A stretch of 64,000 nucleotides of DNA from IMG/VR virus record IMGVR_UViG_3300031758_009234, positions 1 to 64,000 of that record. One strand, written 5' to 3'. Positions 9,208-19,523 of this stretch are shown in pieces. The stretch comes from an uncultured virus (IMG/VR IMGVR_UViG_3300031758_009234). Lineage: Duplodnaviria; Heunggongvirae; Uroviricota; Caudoviricetes. The position numbers and the translations under genes are program-made. A model generated the notes under the pieces. The model was not told the DNA's origin and did not search any database. It was given only the letters and a program-made list of their open reading frames with translations. Every line of letters begins with the position of its first letter. Position 1 is the stretch's first letter.

Positions 9208-10443
9208 ATGAATATCAAAGAGAAATTTTTAGAATTAACATCAAGAACATATCCAAATGGTACAGAAGAACAATTGTTTCCAATTCTACATTCTACTGTT
9301 GATGGTTTACAAACTGATGAATTCGGTAACCTCTTTATTAAGATAGGTGAGAGTGACGTGATGTTTACATCACACTTAGATACTGCTACTTCCGCTTTAT
9401 CTCCAGTAAAACACGTTATTGAAGAAAACATAATCAAAACAGATGGTACTTCTATCTTAGGTGCTGATGATAAAGCTGGTGTGACTATTATGTTGTATAT
9501 GATTAAAAACAACATCCCAGGTCTTTACTACTTTTTCTTAGGTGAAGAAGTTGGTTGTATCGGTTCTAAGAAAGTTGCTGAAGTTCAAAAGAAAGAAAAA
9601 ATTGAAGGTATTAACAAAGTTGTTTCTTTTGATAGACGTGGTACTTCTTCAATTATCACACACCAAACTTCTAGACGTTGTTGTTCAGAAGAATTCGGTG
9701 AAGCTCTTTCTAAACAATTCAATGAAGTTGAATCAACATTTGATTATAAAAATGACGATACTGGTGTTTTAACTGACTCTGTACAATTTATCTCAATCTA
9801 TCCAGAGTGTACAAACATTTCAGTTGGTTATTATAGTGAACACACTTTTTCCGAAAGACAAGATATTGATCACTTAACAAAATTAGCTGAAGCTTGTTTA
9901 AAAGTAAATTGGGCTGAACTTCCAGTTAAACGTGACCCTTCTGTTACAGAATATAAATCATACAAAAGCTACGGATCTTACTGGGATGATGATTACGGTT
10001 ATGGATATGGTAGAAGTTACACATCTTCTTGGAATTCTACAAGTGTGAGTAAAGTTAAAACAGAAAATGTTTGGTTCCACGATAGAAAATACAACTACTT
10101 GTCTAAAGTAGAGATTGAATCTTTATCTAAGAAAGTTGTGTCAGTTGATTTATGTAAAGAGCGTATCTCTTATGAGCAAAACTTAATTGAAGATTTACTT
10201 GTATCATTGGATATTGAGTATATTGATACTGAATGGGATGGTTTCAAATTAACAGTTTACTACAAATTGAACCACAAAACAGATTGTACACGTAACGACT
10301 TGTTAGAGTACTTACCTGAATTAGACTACTCAAATGGTGATGATTTAGGTGAAGCAACAGTTACTCCTGGTGGAAACTTACCAAGTAAAACTGATGATGA
10401 ATATGATTGGGGAGCTTGGGGTGGTTACTGTGACTCTTTCTAA
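9208..10443 (+). CDS. M20/M28 zinc peptidase
   Basis: FTSHLDT, LGADDKAG, GEEVGCIGS, SFDRRG, YYSEHT. Confidence 0.88.
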   Translation: MNIKEKFLELTSRTYPNGTEEQLFPILHSTVDGLQTDEFGNLFIKIGESDVMFTSHLDTATSALSPVKHVIEENIIKTDGTSILGADDKAGVTIMLYMIKNNIPGLYYFFLGEEVGCIGSKKVAEVQKKEKIEGINKVVSFDRRGTSSIITHQTSRRCCSEEFGEALSKQFNEVESTFDYKNDDTGVLTDSVQFISIYPECTNISVGYYSEHTFSERQDIDHLTKLAEACLKVNWAELPVKRDPSVTEYKSYKSYGSYWDDDYGYGYGRSYTSSWNSTSVSKVKTENVWFHDRKYNYLSKVEIESLSKKVVSVDLCKERISYEQNLIEDLLVSLDIEYIDTEWDGFKLTVYYKLNHKTDCTRNDLLEYLPELDYSNGDDLGEATVTPGGNLPSKTDDEYDWGAWGGYCDSF

Positions 10444-10526
10444 TAATAACTAATGAAAAAGACTGATCTAAAAATCAGTCTTTTTCACTTTTTAATACTA
10501 TAATATATATAAACAAAAGTTTTTAT

Positions 10527-10700
10527 ATGGCTAAGAATGGGGATATAATTTTTCTTGAAAGAAGGCTTCAAGAATTATTAGAGAAGGAGGATTACGAAAG
10601 AGCTGCTATCGTAAAAAGATGGATTGATGAATTAACTATTTTTTACGATAAAAAAAAGAAAATTTTGGAAGATGATTTATCTAAAAACAAACAAAGATAA
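10527..10700 (+). CDS. small UVR-motif protein
   Basis: Not in the ORF track; MAKNGDIIFLERRLQELLEKEDYERAAIVKRWIDELT... Confidence 0.6.
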   Translation: MAKNGDIIFLERRLQELLEKEDYERAAIVKRWIDELTIFYDKKKKILEDDLSKNKQR

Positions 10701-10950
10701 TATAGTTTCAATTTCAAGAGAAAATATAAAAAGTCAACAAGATGAATTTCCTAGATACGTTGAATTTGTTGATAGTGTTATTATAGAAAGTTACGATTCA
10801 ATCGATACTTTGAAGTTTAAAGATATTAACCCTATAATTACAATAAACATAAATTCAACTATTCAATATAGAGTAGAGTACAAAGGTGATCCAGATGATT
10901 TTTTAAAATCAATTATTAGAGACAACAAACTAAACGATTTATTAAAATGA
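10672..10950 (+). CDS. hypothetical protein, C-terminal tag family
   Basis: Ends IIRDNKLNDLLK. Confidence 0.7.
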   Translation: MIYLKTNKDNIVSISRENIKSQQDEFPRYVEFVDSVIIESYDSIDTLKFKDINPIITININSTIQYRVEYKGDPDDFLKSIIRDNKLNDLLK

Positions 10951-11291
10951 TAAAAGGTAGAGTTCTTTATGATTCTGATATAAAAGATCATAATAAATTA
11001 GGAGTTTATGGTATTTTTGATACCAAAAAAGTAACTTGGGAATATTTTGTTATATCTTATATTTCTAAAAACAATGAAATATCATTAACGGCTGAAATAT
11101 GTACCTATGGAAATACAAAACCAACTTTTGATGATATTAAAAGATATGGGTTAAAAGTAAATGAAATTGAAGTTGGTAAAAAATTCATTTTAGATTATAA
11201 ATCTAAATGGGAAAGTGGATTAAATGTAACAACACAAGAAGATAGAGATAGAAAACTAAACGAAATTTTAGACAATGAGAACACTAACTGA
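10947..11291 (+). CDS. hypothetical protein, C-terminal tag family
   Basis: Ends DRDRKLNEILDNENTN. Confidence 0.7.
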   Translation: MIKGRVLYDSDIKDHNKLGVYGIFDTKKVTWEYFVISYISKNNEISLTAEICTYGNTKPTFDDIKRYGLKVNEIEVGKKFILDYKSKWESGLNVTTQEDRDRKLNEILDNENTN

Positions 11292-11526
11292 AATATACAA
11301 TAACAAATACGATGTAAGAGAATCAGAAATTCCTAGAGAGTTTTACAAAAGCTTTCAAGAATTCATGTTTGGATCAACTTGTTACAAAGACGATTCCTCT
11401 GGTGAGGATGAATTTGTTTATTACATATCAGATTTTAAAATGTGGTATAGACTTAACATAAAAGAAATAGAATTATACGAAAAAAGACAAGAAAGAGATG
11501 ATAAAATTAATAAATTATTAGATTAA
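11275..11526 (+). CDS. hypothetical protein, C-terminal tag family
   Basis: Ends ERDDKINKLLD. Confidence 0.7.
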   Translation: MRTLTEIYNNKYDVRESEIPREFYKSFQEFMFGSTCYKDDSSGEDEFVYYISDFKMWYRLNIKEIELYEKRQERDDKINKLLD

Positions 11527-11563
11527 TTTATATCATGATGTTACATGTTTTTATATATAGCTT

Positions 11564-12016
11564 ATGTATCAAGTATTTAAAATGATATTTACACAAAATT
11601 CATATGAATTGAACAATGAGTACTCAAAATTATCTGAGCACGAAAAAGAAACAATTGCAAATATTTTACCAGATGGTTATTTTGAATTTAATGATAAATT
11701 AGAACAATTTAATTTATTTTTGATAATAACTAAAGAAGATTTAGATAGATATGCTAAAATACTTGATGAAAATTTTATTCGTTTTAAATTAAAAAATATA
11801 ACTAAGGATCTTTTAAATGGACTAGACATTCAAGAACATTTAAAAGATTATATAAATCCTTTAAATAGACATCGATTCAATACCTTTAAAATGAAGTTAG
11901 AAGAATGGATAAATCAAAATTTAGACATAGATACTATTTTAGATAGAATAAATCAAATTGGTATTGAAAATCTAACTAAATTAGAAATAAAGTTTTTGGA
12001 TAATTATAAAGTTTAA
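11564..12016 (+). CDS. hypothetical protein with a C-terminal DUF6576-like helix pair
   Basis: LDIDTILDRINQIGIENLTKLEIKFLD. Confidence 0.6.
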   Translation: MYQVFKMIFTQNSYELNNEYSKLSEHEKETIANILPDGYFEFNDKLEQFNLFLIITKEDLDRYAKILDENFIRFKLKNITKDLLNGLDIQEHLKDYINPLNRHRFNTFKMKLEEWINQNLDIDTILDRINQIGIENLTKLEIKFLDNYKV

Positions 12017-12050
12017 TGTATATTTGTAAATAACTCTAAAAAAAAATATT

Positions 12051-12218
12051 ATGAAATCACTTTTTATTAAAGCATTAAGACCTGTTCTTCAAATTTACGC
12101 TAACTTCTTAATCACACAATTAGAAACTGATAATTTAGACTTATATGAACATTATATGTCACAAGCTGTTTTATTAGATTTCTGTGCAACTGAATACTAT
12201 GATATTTATTTAGACTAA
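12051..12218 (+). CDS. small hypothetical protein
   Basis: 55 aa MKSLFIKALRPVLQIYANFL...; follows a TAnnTTTG element and its stop overlaps the next start. Confidence 0.6.
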   Translation: MKSLFIKALRPVLQIYANFLITQLETDNLDLYEHYMSQAVLLDFCATEYYDIYLD

Positions 12219-12595
12219 TGAAAAAATTATACTTAGACGATTTAAGAATACCAAAAGACTCTATCGGATTTGTTCCAGATAATTTAAACCAATTTTATTG
12301 GGCTAACGACTGGACTATCGTTAGAAACTTTTGGGAGTTCTGTAATTATATCCAAAAGTTTGGATTACCAGACTTTATTTCTTTCGATCATGATTTAGCT
12401 GACGAACACTATGTTAGTGACGTTAACTATAATGATTATAAAGAAAAAACTGGATATGAGGCAGCAAAATGGTTAGTTGATTGGTGTTTTGATAACAAAA
12501 AATCATTACCAGATTTTGTTGTACATTCGGCTAATACTGTTGGTAAAGTAAATATTGAAAGTTATTTAAATAACGCTAAAAAACATTTACTATGA
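12218..12595 (+). CDS. cyclic-phosphate-processing receiver-like domain protein
   Basis: KLYLDDLRIP, ISFDHDLA, KTGYEAAKWL, VHSANTVG. Confidence 0.75.
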   Translation: MKKLYLDDLRIPKDSIGFVPDNLNQFYWANDWTIVRNFWEFCNYIQKFGLPDFISFDHDLADEHYVSDVNYNDYKEKTGYEAAKWLVDWCFDNKKSLPDFVVHSANTVGKVNIESYLNNAKKHLL

Positions 12596-12903
12596 ATTTT
12601 TTAAAGGCTCACTTAGTAGCAAACATTAAAAGACTTTATAAAGATTATGAAACTAAATTAGGATTAGATCCTAGTGTTAAATTTTTATATCTTGATGAAC
12701 CAGTATTAACCACTAAGAAAAAAATTAATAGAATTAATGCTTGGTACCCATATGCTTTAGATGAAGTTGTAAATAGTGGTTGGCATGATTTAAAAGGTGG
12801 TGAGATAAAAGAGATTTGGCAAAAAATTAAAAGTAATAAAGTCTATGTTGTAAAAAACATTGGTGGTAAATTCTATAAAGTGAGAAAAAAAGATGATATT
12901 TAA
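12592..12903 (+). CDS. hypothetical protein
   Basis: ORF within an operon, overlapping its neighbours. Confidence 0.65.
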   Translation: MNFLKAHLVANIKRLYKDYETKLGLDPSVKFLYLDEPVLTTKKKINRINAWYPYALDEVVNSGWHDLKGGEIKEIWQKIKSNKVYVVKNIGGKFYKVRKKDDI

Positions 12904-13663
12904 TTTAAGAGATATTAACTTCTATTATAATGGTGTTAGTGAAGATCACAATGTCACATATGATTGTGAGAATAATGGATGCCATGATGAAGGTATATGT
13001 CGTTGTGGTATGATAACAGATGTTTATATCACAGATGTTGATATTACTCGTATATCAAATATTATTTATGATACTATCAATGATGGTGATAATGATTTAT
13101 CAATAAAGAGAAATGTTAAGTTAGATCTTTTGCTAAATGGTTATGGAAAAGATATGGATCTTTATATGATAGATCGTATTCTTAGAAAATGGAAAGTATA
13201 TGATCCGAATTCTTGGGATGTTGATATTTGTGGTGGATATTATGGTCAAGAAATCGAAGATATTTTACTTAAACAAAATATCTGTGATGAATTAAACTCA
13301 GAGATAATTAAAGCTCTTTCAATTGAACCTTTAGGTGAACGAGTTGAGTATCTCTTAAAATTAGAATATAATAAAATTCTACCTGAATTAAAAGAAAGTG
13401 AATGGTCATTAGAAATTGTTGATTTGGATAAAATTATTTTTGGTAGTGAACATCATGTAAAAAAATGTAAAAAAGAGATTGAGAAAGGATCTGTAAAATA
13501 CAGAGGATATTTCTATGATGATAAAAATTATAACACGGTATTAACTAAGTTAATAAGAGGTGTTGCCATTAAAAAAGGAGATAATTATAGATTGATTGAT
13601 GGATACCATCGTTGTTTATCAACCGGAAATAACAGAGTTAAACTTTTGATTGCTAAAAAATAA
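12893..13663 (+). CDS. hypothetical protein with a C-terminal ParB/Srx-like motif
   Basis: YRLIDGYHR; N-terminal Cys cluster. Confidence 0.6.
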   Translation: MIFNLRDINFYYNGVSEDHNVTYDCENNGCHDEGICRCGMITDVYITDVDITRISNIIYDTINDGDNDLSIKRNVKLDLLLNGYGKDMDLYMIDRILRKWKVYDPNSWDVDICGGYYGQEIEDILLKQNICDELNSEIIKALSIEPLGERVEYLLKLEYNKILPELKESEWSLEIVDLDKIIFGSEHHVKKCKKEIEKGSVKYRGYFYDDKNYNTVLTKLIRGVAIKKGDNYRLIDGYHRCLSTGNNRVKLLIAKK

Positions 13664-13679
13664 TTATTATATTTGTATT

Positions 13680-14147
13680 ATGAAAGCTAAAATATTTATA
13701 TTGATTGGAGTACCAATGTCAGGTAAATCAACTTGGGTAAGAGAAAACTACCCAAACACTAAAGTTATATCTAGAGATGATATAGTTTTAGAAGTACATG
13801 GATCTAACGATTATAATAAAGCTTTTAATGAAGTTAATCAAAAAGAAGTTAATCGAATATTAGACGAACGCTTATTAGATGCTTCTAAATCAAACGAAGA
13901 TGTTATCATAGATATGACTAACATGACTTCTAAAAGAAGAAGATCAACTCTTAAATATTTCACTGACTTCTACAAAGAAGCAGTTGTATTCCCCGTTTTA
14001 TCAAACGAAGAATATGATAGAAGAAATAAAATAAGAACTGTTAACGAAAACAAATCAATACCATTAGCAGTTTTAAGAACTATGCTTAACTCTTATCAAT
14101 CACCAACCAAAGAAGAAGGATTTGATAAAATAACTGTATTAAAATAA
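13680..14147 (+). CDS. polynucleotide kinase-like P-loop kinase (AAA_33)
   Basis: GVPMSGKST, ISRDDI, VIIDMTN..RR, PTKEEGFD; near-leaderless after TATATTTG. Confidence 0.85.
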   Translation: MKAKIFILIGVPMSGKSTWVRENYPNTKVISRDDIVLEVHGSNDYNKAFNEVNQKEVNRILDERLLDASKSNEDVIIDMTNMTSKRRRSTLKYFTDFYKEAVVFPVLSNEEYDRRNKIRTVNENKSIPLAVLRTMLNSYQSPTKEEGFDKITVLK

Positions 14148-14149
14148 TT

Positions 14150-14497
14150 ATGATAACTGTTAAAAAAGCAATACAAGAATTATCAGATGCTGTTACAGCA
14201 TCTGGTAAATCATTAGAACAAATTGGAAAAGTCCCGGTATTTGAATATTTGAGGCAGGCTGGTATAAACCAGGATAGTTTCAATGATATTTGGAATAAGT
14301 TGGTTGAATTACATACCAAACCAATTGTTACTGCGGTTGGGTCGAAAGTTGATTGGGGTACCGGAATTTCAGGAAAATCTGGTAATATGGGTACATCAGG
14401 ACCAGTAGGTGTAATTCAAAATAATCCAGTACCTCAAGAAAAACAAAGAGTTCCGAGGAAATCAGTCTTTGGTGAGATTAAGAAAATAGCCGGGTAG
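14150..14497 (+). CDS. hypothetical protein
   Basis: 115 aa ORF. Confidence 0.6.
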   Translation: MITVKKAIQELSDAVTASGKSLEQIGKVPVFEYLRQAGINQDSFNDIWNKLVELHTKPIVTAVGSKVDWGTGISGKSGNMGTSGPVGVIQNNPVPQEKQRVPRKSVFGEIKKIAG

Positions 14498-14580
14498 TAA
14501 AAAAATACTAAAAATAACTCCATCATTATTTGGTGGAGTTAAACTTATGCCTTATATTTGTTATATAAATAATAAGACAT

Positions 14581-14943
14581 ATGACAACTATCAACAACAT
14601 CGACATTTCAAAATTAAAATACGTAGAAGGACAATTTATTCCATCTAAAGATTTTTCTGATTATATTGATGAAGATACAACGTATGTTTCTGAAGAGGGT
14701 TATATCTACTTAGATAATGAAGATGATATCTGTGTTGATATTAAATTCGAACAAAATATTTCCGGTTATATTACAGGTTGTCCTGGAGACTACTGGACAC
14801 CAGCTTCTTATTCAGCTGTTATTGAAGATGATAGTTTTGATATCTTATCTTTAGAAATTGATGGTGAAGAAGTTGAACTTACTAAAGAAATCGAAGAGAT
14901 TTTAAACTCTATTGTTAGAGAGAAAATTTATGGAGTTAAATAA
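14581..14943 (+). CDS. acidic hypothetical protein
   Basis: ORF after the TTTG-N20-TATATTTG promoter; PGDYWTP motif. Confidence 0.65.
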   Translation: MTTINNIDISKLKYVEGQFIPSKDFSDYIDEDTTYVSEEGYIYLDNEDDICVDIKFEQNISGYITGCPGDYWTPASYSAVIEDDSFDILSLEIDGEEVELTKEIEEILNSIVREKIYGVK

Positions 14944-15215
14944 TGAACAAGGAAATTATTGAACAGTATATACACGAATTATGTTATAAAAAATCATCAT
15001 CTGAAAATCCATATTTAGATGTCAAGGATCTTAAAATAAATAAAATTGCTATTTTAAATGATGTTGTTGAGACTGTTTACTATTTTAACTTAACAAGTCG
15101 AAAAGATCCTAATATAAAAATGGAAATAAAAGGACATCATAAATTCACAAAAAAAGATTTTATACCTTACTTGAGAGATAAAAGACTAGAAGATTTATTG
15201 AAATCCATAGACTAA
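14943..15215 (+). CDS. hypothetical protein, C-terminal tag family
   Basis: Ends YLRDKRLEDLLKSID. Confidence 0.7.
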   Translation: MNKEIIEQYIHELCYKKSSSENPYLDVKDLKINKIAILNDVVETVYYFNLTSRKDPNIKMEIKGHHKFTKKDFIPYLRDKRLEDLLKSID

Positions 15216-16549
15216 CTCTGTGGTTTCTTCTCTAAATTAATTTCAACACCTTCTTTTTTGAAGTAAGATGAAATCAATCCTTCTAAAACTAATAGTAAAC
15301 AAATCAAACCAAATATCTTAATAACAGAATCCATTCCAGAAATATCTACTATTAACTTAGAGAATAACTTAAATACCAAATTCCAAGGTTCCTCTAATTG
15401 AGAAACTCCAAACTGAGTAAATATAACTTTACTTGGTGAATCAATTAAATTAGGAATACCTAATATAACAGCGTTTAATGCTGCGAATTCAAACACACCC
15501 GGACCACCTAATGCTTTTACAAAATTTGAAAGACCTTTTGCTGCATTTTTAGATATTAAATTTATAGAAGTTGAGATTAAAGCTTTCATAGGCGCTAATA
15601 ACAAAAGAATAACTTTCAATACTAATTTCATCCACCATTTAGTTTTTCCTTCCTCTGGTGGTGAGGTTTGTTTCATATCTAAAAACCATTTCATAAACCA
15701 ATCTTTAGCATCTAAAACTTTATCAGAAACACTTTTAACAGCCTTAACATCACCAACATTTTTAGTAAACTCATTTCCGTCTTTATCTTTGAAAGTTATA
15801 GTATCACCATCAATTTTAAAAATTTCTTTCTCAGCAGTTTCACCATTATCCCTTGTATAAGAAACTTTATCACCTACTTTAAAATCCTCATTTATTGAGT
15901 AAAAACTTTTAAGAATATCAAATGATTCTAATTTTAATTCATCTTCTATATTTGAAACTTCAGCTTCAGCATCTGAGATAACTTTATCATCTACCGTTTC
16001 AATTTTTTTATTGAATGATGAAACAAACTTTGTTTTTAAAAAGTCAGTTGTTTGTTTAATGTTTGATAAATCACTTTTTAATTCTTCTTTGTCTATTTTC
16101 TTCTGAGTTATCAACTCAACTATTTTCTTGTCAATTGGTTGTTTGAATTGAGTTGTTATGTTCTTAACATTGTTTTGACTAATATTTAAAAGAACTTTTA
16201 TAATTGCTTCAAAAAACTTTACAACACCTGATATTAAAGACTTCATACCTTCTTTAATCTTTAAAAGTTTTTCTTTTATAGTAGAAAACATTTTACCACC
16301 AACCTTTTTACCATTATCATAAACTGTTTTAAAGAAATCTTTAATTCCAAATTCTTCTTTCAATAAATCAATTTTATGACTTATTAAATTCTCTTTAATG
16401 AATAATTTTTCTTCGTTAGTGAATATAGATGATCTTAAACTCATTTCCCATATCGAATTTGAGAAGTCATTAAATATCTGCTTTTCAATAATTGGAACCT
16501 GTTTTCTAACAGATTTTACAAATGATTTATAGTCTCTTATATAGTCCAT
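15212..16549 (-). CDS. putative late/virion-associated protein with C-terminal hydrophobic helices
   Basis: MDYIRDYKSF leader, SH3-like FKVGDKVSY unit, hydrophobic C-terminal third; TTAATATATA upstream. Confidence 0.6.
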   Translation of the reverse strand: MDYIRDYKSFVKSVRKQVPIIEKQIFNDFSNSIWEMSLRSSIFTNEEKLFIKENLISHKIDLLKEEFGIKDFFKTVYDNGKKVGGKMFSTIKEKLLKIKEGMKSLISGVVKFFEAIIKVLLNISQNNVKNITTQFKQPIDKKIVELITQKKIDKEELKSDLSNIKQTTDFLKTKFVSSFNKKIETVDDKVISDAEAEVSNIEDELKLESFDILKSFYSINEDFKVGDKVSYTRDNGETAEKEIFKIDGDTITFKDKDGNEFTKNVGDVKAVKSVSDKVLDAKDWFMKWFLDMKQTSPPEEGKTKWWMKLVLKVILLLLAPMKALISTSINLISKNAAKGLSNFVKALGGPGVFEFAALNAVILGIPNLIDSPSKVIFTQFGVSQLEEPWNLVFKLFSKLIVDISGMDSVIKIFGLICLLLVLEGLISSYFKKEGVEINLEKKPQS

Positions 16550-16552
16550 AGA

Positions 16553-16590
16553 TTATATATTAAAAATAGAATTCTTAATTTTAATATATA
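16553..16590. promoter_or_regulatory. back-to-back TTAATATATA late-type promoter motifs
   Basis: TATATATTAA (minus) and TTAATATATA (plus), each a few nt from a divergent ATG; the motif recurs at about 20 sites. Confidence 0.65.
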
Positions 16591-16594
16591 AAAT

Positions 16595-18511
16595 ATGAAG
16601 ATAAGAAAACTCGGAGATAAAAAATGGAAAGTATTGATTTTTCAAGGATCACCTAGAGATCCTGATACTTGTCCTAATATGGAATCAAAAACTCACAAAG
16701 TAATTGAGTATGTTATAGAAAAATGGTCTCCATTTTTAGAAATAAAAGTTATTGATTTATCTGTAAATAAATCTAAAAAACCAAATATACAACCTTGTAA
16801 GGGTTGTGTTTCAACTGCTGGCGGATTTCATTGTATCGCAGAAGGTGAGAGAGTTGAGACTAAATATGGATATAAAAAAATTGAAGATATCTTAATAGGA
16901 GATGAATTATCAACCGGAACCGTTTATAATTTTATGAAAACCGGTGATAATTCTATTATATATGAGGTTACAACAAGCGACGGAAGAAAAATAAAATTAA
17001 CTGATAATCATCCTATAAAAGTAATAAATCCTATTTACAAAAATAATAATAAAAAAAAACTAAAAGGATATACTGAAGAATGGATCGATGTTAAGAATCT
17101 AAAAACCGGTGATAGAATACCATTTAAATTTACTGGTGAATTTAAAGAAGATGAATCAAATTTAGATAAATATCTTTTATGTGGCTTATTATGGGGAGAT
17201 GGAGCGGTTCATCATAAAAGACTTAAATTATGTTATGATGTAAGAGATGAAATTCTAATTGAAAAACTATCTAATAATTTTAATATCTCAATTTCTGAGA
17301 AGGGAGTTATATCAAAAAATACCGAAGTTAAATGGATAAAATTTAATGACAATGAAACCAATTTATTTATCAACAATCTTATATTTGAAGAAAAAAACAA
17401 GAATATATATGATCGAAGAATTCCAGAATCCATAATGAATTCATCAAAAAGTCAAGTTTCTAATTTTTTAAATGGTTGGTTTGCTAGTGATGGATCAATT
17501 ATTAAAAGAAATAATAGAGGAAACGATTATTATGAAATAAATCTAACAAGTGTTAGTAAAGATTCTTTAAGAGATTGTCAATTGCTACTTTCTAAATTTG
17601 GTATAAAATCATCTATAACCTATTTGGATCATATAGAAACTTTTAGGTTTAATAAATTTATAAAAAGAGCATCTATGTTAGTTATAAGTGGCCTTAATGC
17701 TAATATTTTTATGGAAAAAATAGGAATATTTAATAAGGATTATAAATTTAAAAAAATTTCTTATAGAAAATCTAAAAATTATGACTATTATGGTAAAGTC
17801 GAAAAAATAGAAGAAATTGGTAGATCAAATGTTTATGATATATCTGTTTCAAAATCACATAAATTTATATGTGAAGGTATAGAAGTTCACAATTGTCACT
17901 TTCCTTGTAGTTGTTATTTCAAAGGGATGAAAGAACCTGATTTACTTTCAGAGTTAAATGTTTATGAATTACTACAAGAGGCTGATGCTTTTTTAGTATT
18001 TTCTCCAATACACTGGCACTCCTTATCATCACAAGTTAAAACTCTTTTTGATAGATTGGTCAGTGTTAATCAAACTCTTACAATTGATGATGCCAAGAAA
18101 CTAATGGGTTCTGATAATATTAAAAGATCAGAAGTTACTGGTAAGTTCGCTAAGTCTGGTAAATATGACAATCTTCTAAGAAATCATTTAGAAGGTAAAG
18201 TTGGTGGATTTTACGCACATGGTGATGACGGTGCTGATGATTATGAGGGTAAAGAATTACCAGAATCATATTCCGATGTATTTGATGATGGTTTTTCAAA
18301 TAATGCCAAAAATGTCGTAATGCCATTCGTAATGCAACTTAAATATTCTGGAGTTTGGGTTCCTGATAATTTAATAGAAACGTTTTATACAAATAAAAAT
18401 ATTAATTATTATGTAGCTAATAAGTTAAAGAATAAAGAACTTTATGATAGAGCCGATAATTTAATCAATAATCTTTTAGATTATTTAGATGAAAAAAATA
18501 AAGAAATATAA
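16595..18511 (+). CDS. flavodoxin-fold (NAD(P)H-dependent FMN reductase / iron-sulfur flavoprotein-like) protein interrupted by an intein
   Basis: QGSPR, PCKGC, ADAFLVFSPIHWHSLSSQVKTLFDRL, LEGKVGG. Confidence 0.85.
   Translation: MKIRKLGDKKWKVLIFQGSPRDPDTCPNMESKTHKVIEYVIEKWSPFLEIKVIDLSVNKSKKPNIQPCKGCVSTAGGFHCIAEGERVETKYGYKKIEDILIGDELSTGTVYNFMKTGDNSIIYEVTTSDGRKIKLTDNHPIKVINPIYKNNNKKKLKGYTEEWIDVKNLKTGDRIPFKFTGEFKEDESNLDKYLLCGLLWGDGAVHHKRLKLCYDVRDEILIEKLSNNFNISISEKGVISKNTEVKWIKFNDNETNLFINNLIFEEKNKNIYDRRIPESIMNSSKSQVSNFLNGWFASDGSIIKRNNRGNDYYEINLTSVSKDSLRDCQLLLSKFGIKSSITYLDHIETFRFNKFIKRASMLVISGLNANIFMEKIGIFNKDYKFKKISYRKSKNYDYYGKVEKIEEIGRSNVYDISVSKSHKFICEGIEVHNCHFPCSCYFKGMKEPDLLSELNVYELLQEADAFLVFSPIHWHSLSSQVKTLFDRLVSVNQTLTIDDAKKLMGSDNIKRSEVTGKFAKSGKYDNLLRNHLEGKVGGFYAHGDDGADDYEGKELPESYSDVFDDGFSNNAKNVVMPFVMQLKYSGVWVPDNLIETFYTNKNINYYVANKLKNKELYDRADNLINNLLDYLDEKNKEI
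16832..17893 (+). mobile_element. intein with LAGLIDADG homing endonuclease (354 aa)
   Basis: Starts CIAEG, block B LTDNHP, LAGLIDADG-like LCGLLWGDG and FLNGWFASDG, ends VYDISV..HN followed by Cys+1. Confidence 0.93.
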
Positions 18512-18999
18512 TGAAAAAGTTTTTTGAGTTTTTTGATGATGAAGATTTAAAATCAAGATTTGAAATACCTTATTTAAAGGGAGAAATGGATAAAGAGATT
18601 TCTAAAAATTTTACAAAAATACCTTTAAGTTCTGGTGATGAGAATACAGATAAATTAGTTGAGAATGTTTTAATTCAATATCCAATACTAACTAAGTTTC
18701 AGTCACAGTTAGTCGATCATGATGGAGATAGATTTGTAGCTTTTTATGCAACTTCATATAAACCAGTACAAGGTATGACTTTTTATGCTCAAGCTGGATT
18801 AGCTTTTATAGAAGATACTTATGTTATTACTTTAATATTGAAAGATGTTGAAGATGACGATCAAGATAATTGGGAGATTAGAGATTATGAAGTAACAGAA
18901 ATGGAAGATGTTTATTCTATAATGGACTCTTTTATGATGGCTTGTGAAAAACTTAATATAGTTAAACCAGAAGATAAATTCTCTATAATGAGAAACTAA
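18511..18999 (+). CDS. hypothetical protein
   Basis: 162 aa; MKKFFEFFD leader-like N-terminus. Confidence 0.65.
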   Translation: MKKFFEFFDDEDLKSRFEIPYLKGEMDKEISKNFTKIPLSSGDENTDKLVENVLIQYPILTKFQSQLVDHDGDRFVAFYATSYKPVQGMTFYAQAGLAFIEDTYVITLILKDVEDDDQDNWEIRDYEVTEMEDVYSIMDSFMMACEKLNIVKPEDKFSIMRN

Positions 19000-19208
19000 G
19001 ACTTCTTAATTAAATGCCAAGTATTTACTAATATAACACCACTATTCAAAAGAATTAGTGGTGTTCTTCCATGATAAAAGGCGTAAAATAAAAAGATGAC
19101 ACATCCTATATTATTTAATATTCTAAGCCACTTTACATTTTTTACAACAAAAGATATAAAAATTATAACTGACCCAACATATGCTAAAAATTCAATGTAA
19201 CTATACAT
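18996..19208 (-). CDS. small inner-membrane protein (YgjV-like)
   Basis: Hydrophobic; ISFVVKNVKWLRILNNIGCVIFLFY..ILLN. Confidence 0.7.
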   Translation of the reverse strand: MYSYIEFLAYVGSVIIFISFVVKNVKWLRILNNIGCVIFLFYAFYHGRTPLILLNSGVILVNTWHLIKKS

Positions 19209-19252
19209 ATTGTATATATAAATAAAAAAAACCACTGAAATTCAGTGGTTTT

Positions 19253-19339
19253 TTATATTAATCTTCTTCCTCTTGATAGTCTTTTTAAATTTTCAGGATC
19301 TCCCGAAATTTCCAATCTGTTGTCGCAATTATTTTCCAT
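19253..19339 (-). pseudogene. short remnant resembling a DUF1281/YubB-type N-terminus
   Basis: MENNCDNRLEISGDPENLKRL then an early stop (28 aa). Confidence 0.35.
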
Positions 19340-19523
19340 AATATTCAATTTTAAAAGTTACATGACATATATAAACTAAAATATAAAAGTTTAAAATAAA
19401 CTTAATTTATTTTTTAAACTATAATAATTAGTTTTTGAATAGTGATTAAAAAGAGGCTTAAAGATTTATTTTTAAGACCTCTTTTTTTTGTAAATGAAAA
19501 AACATTATTTTTATAAATAAGTA

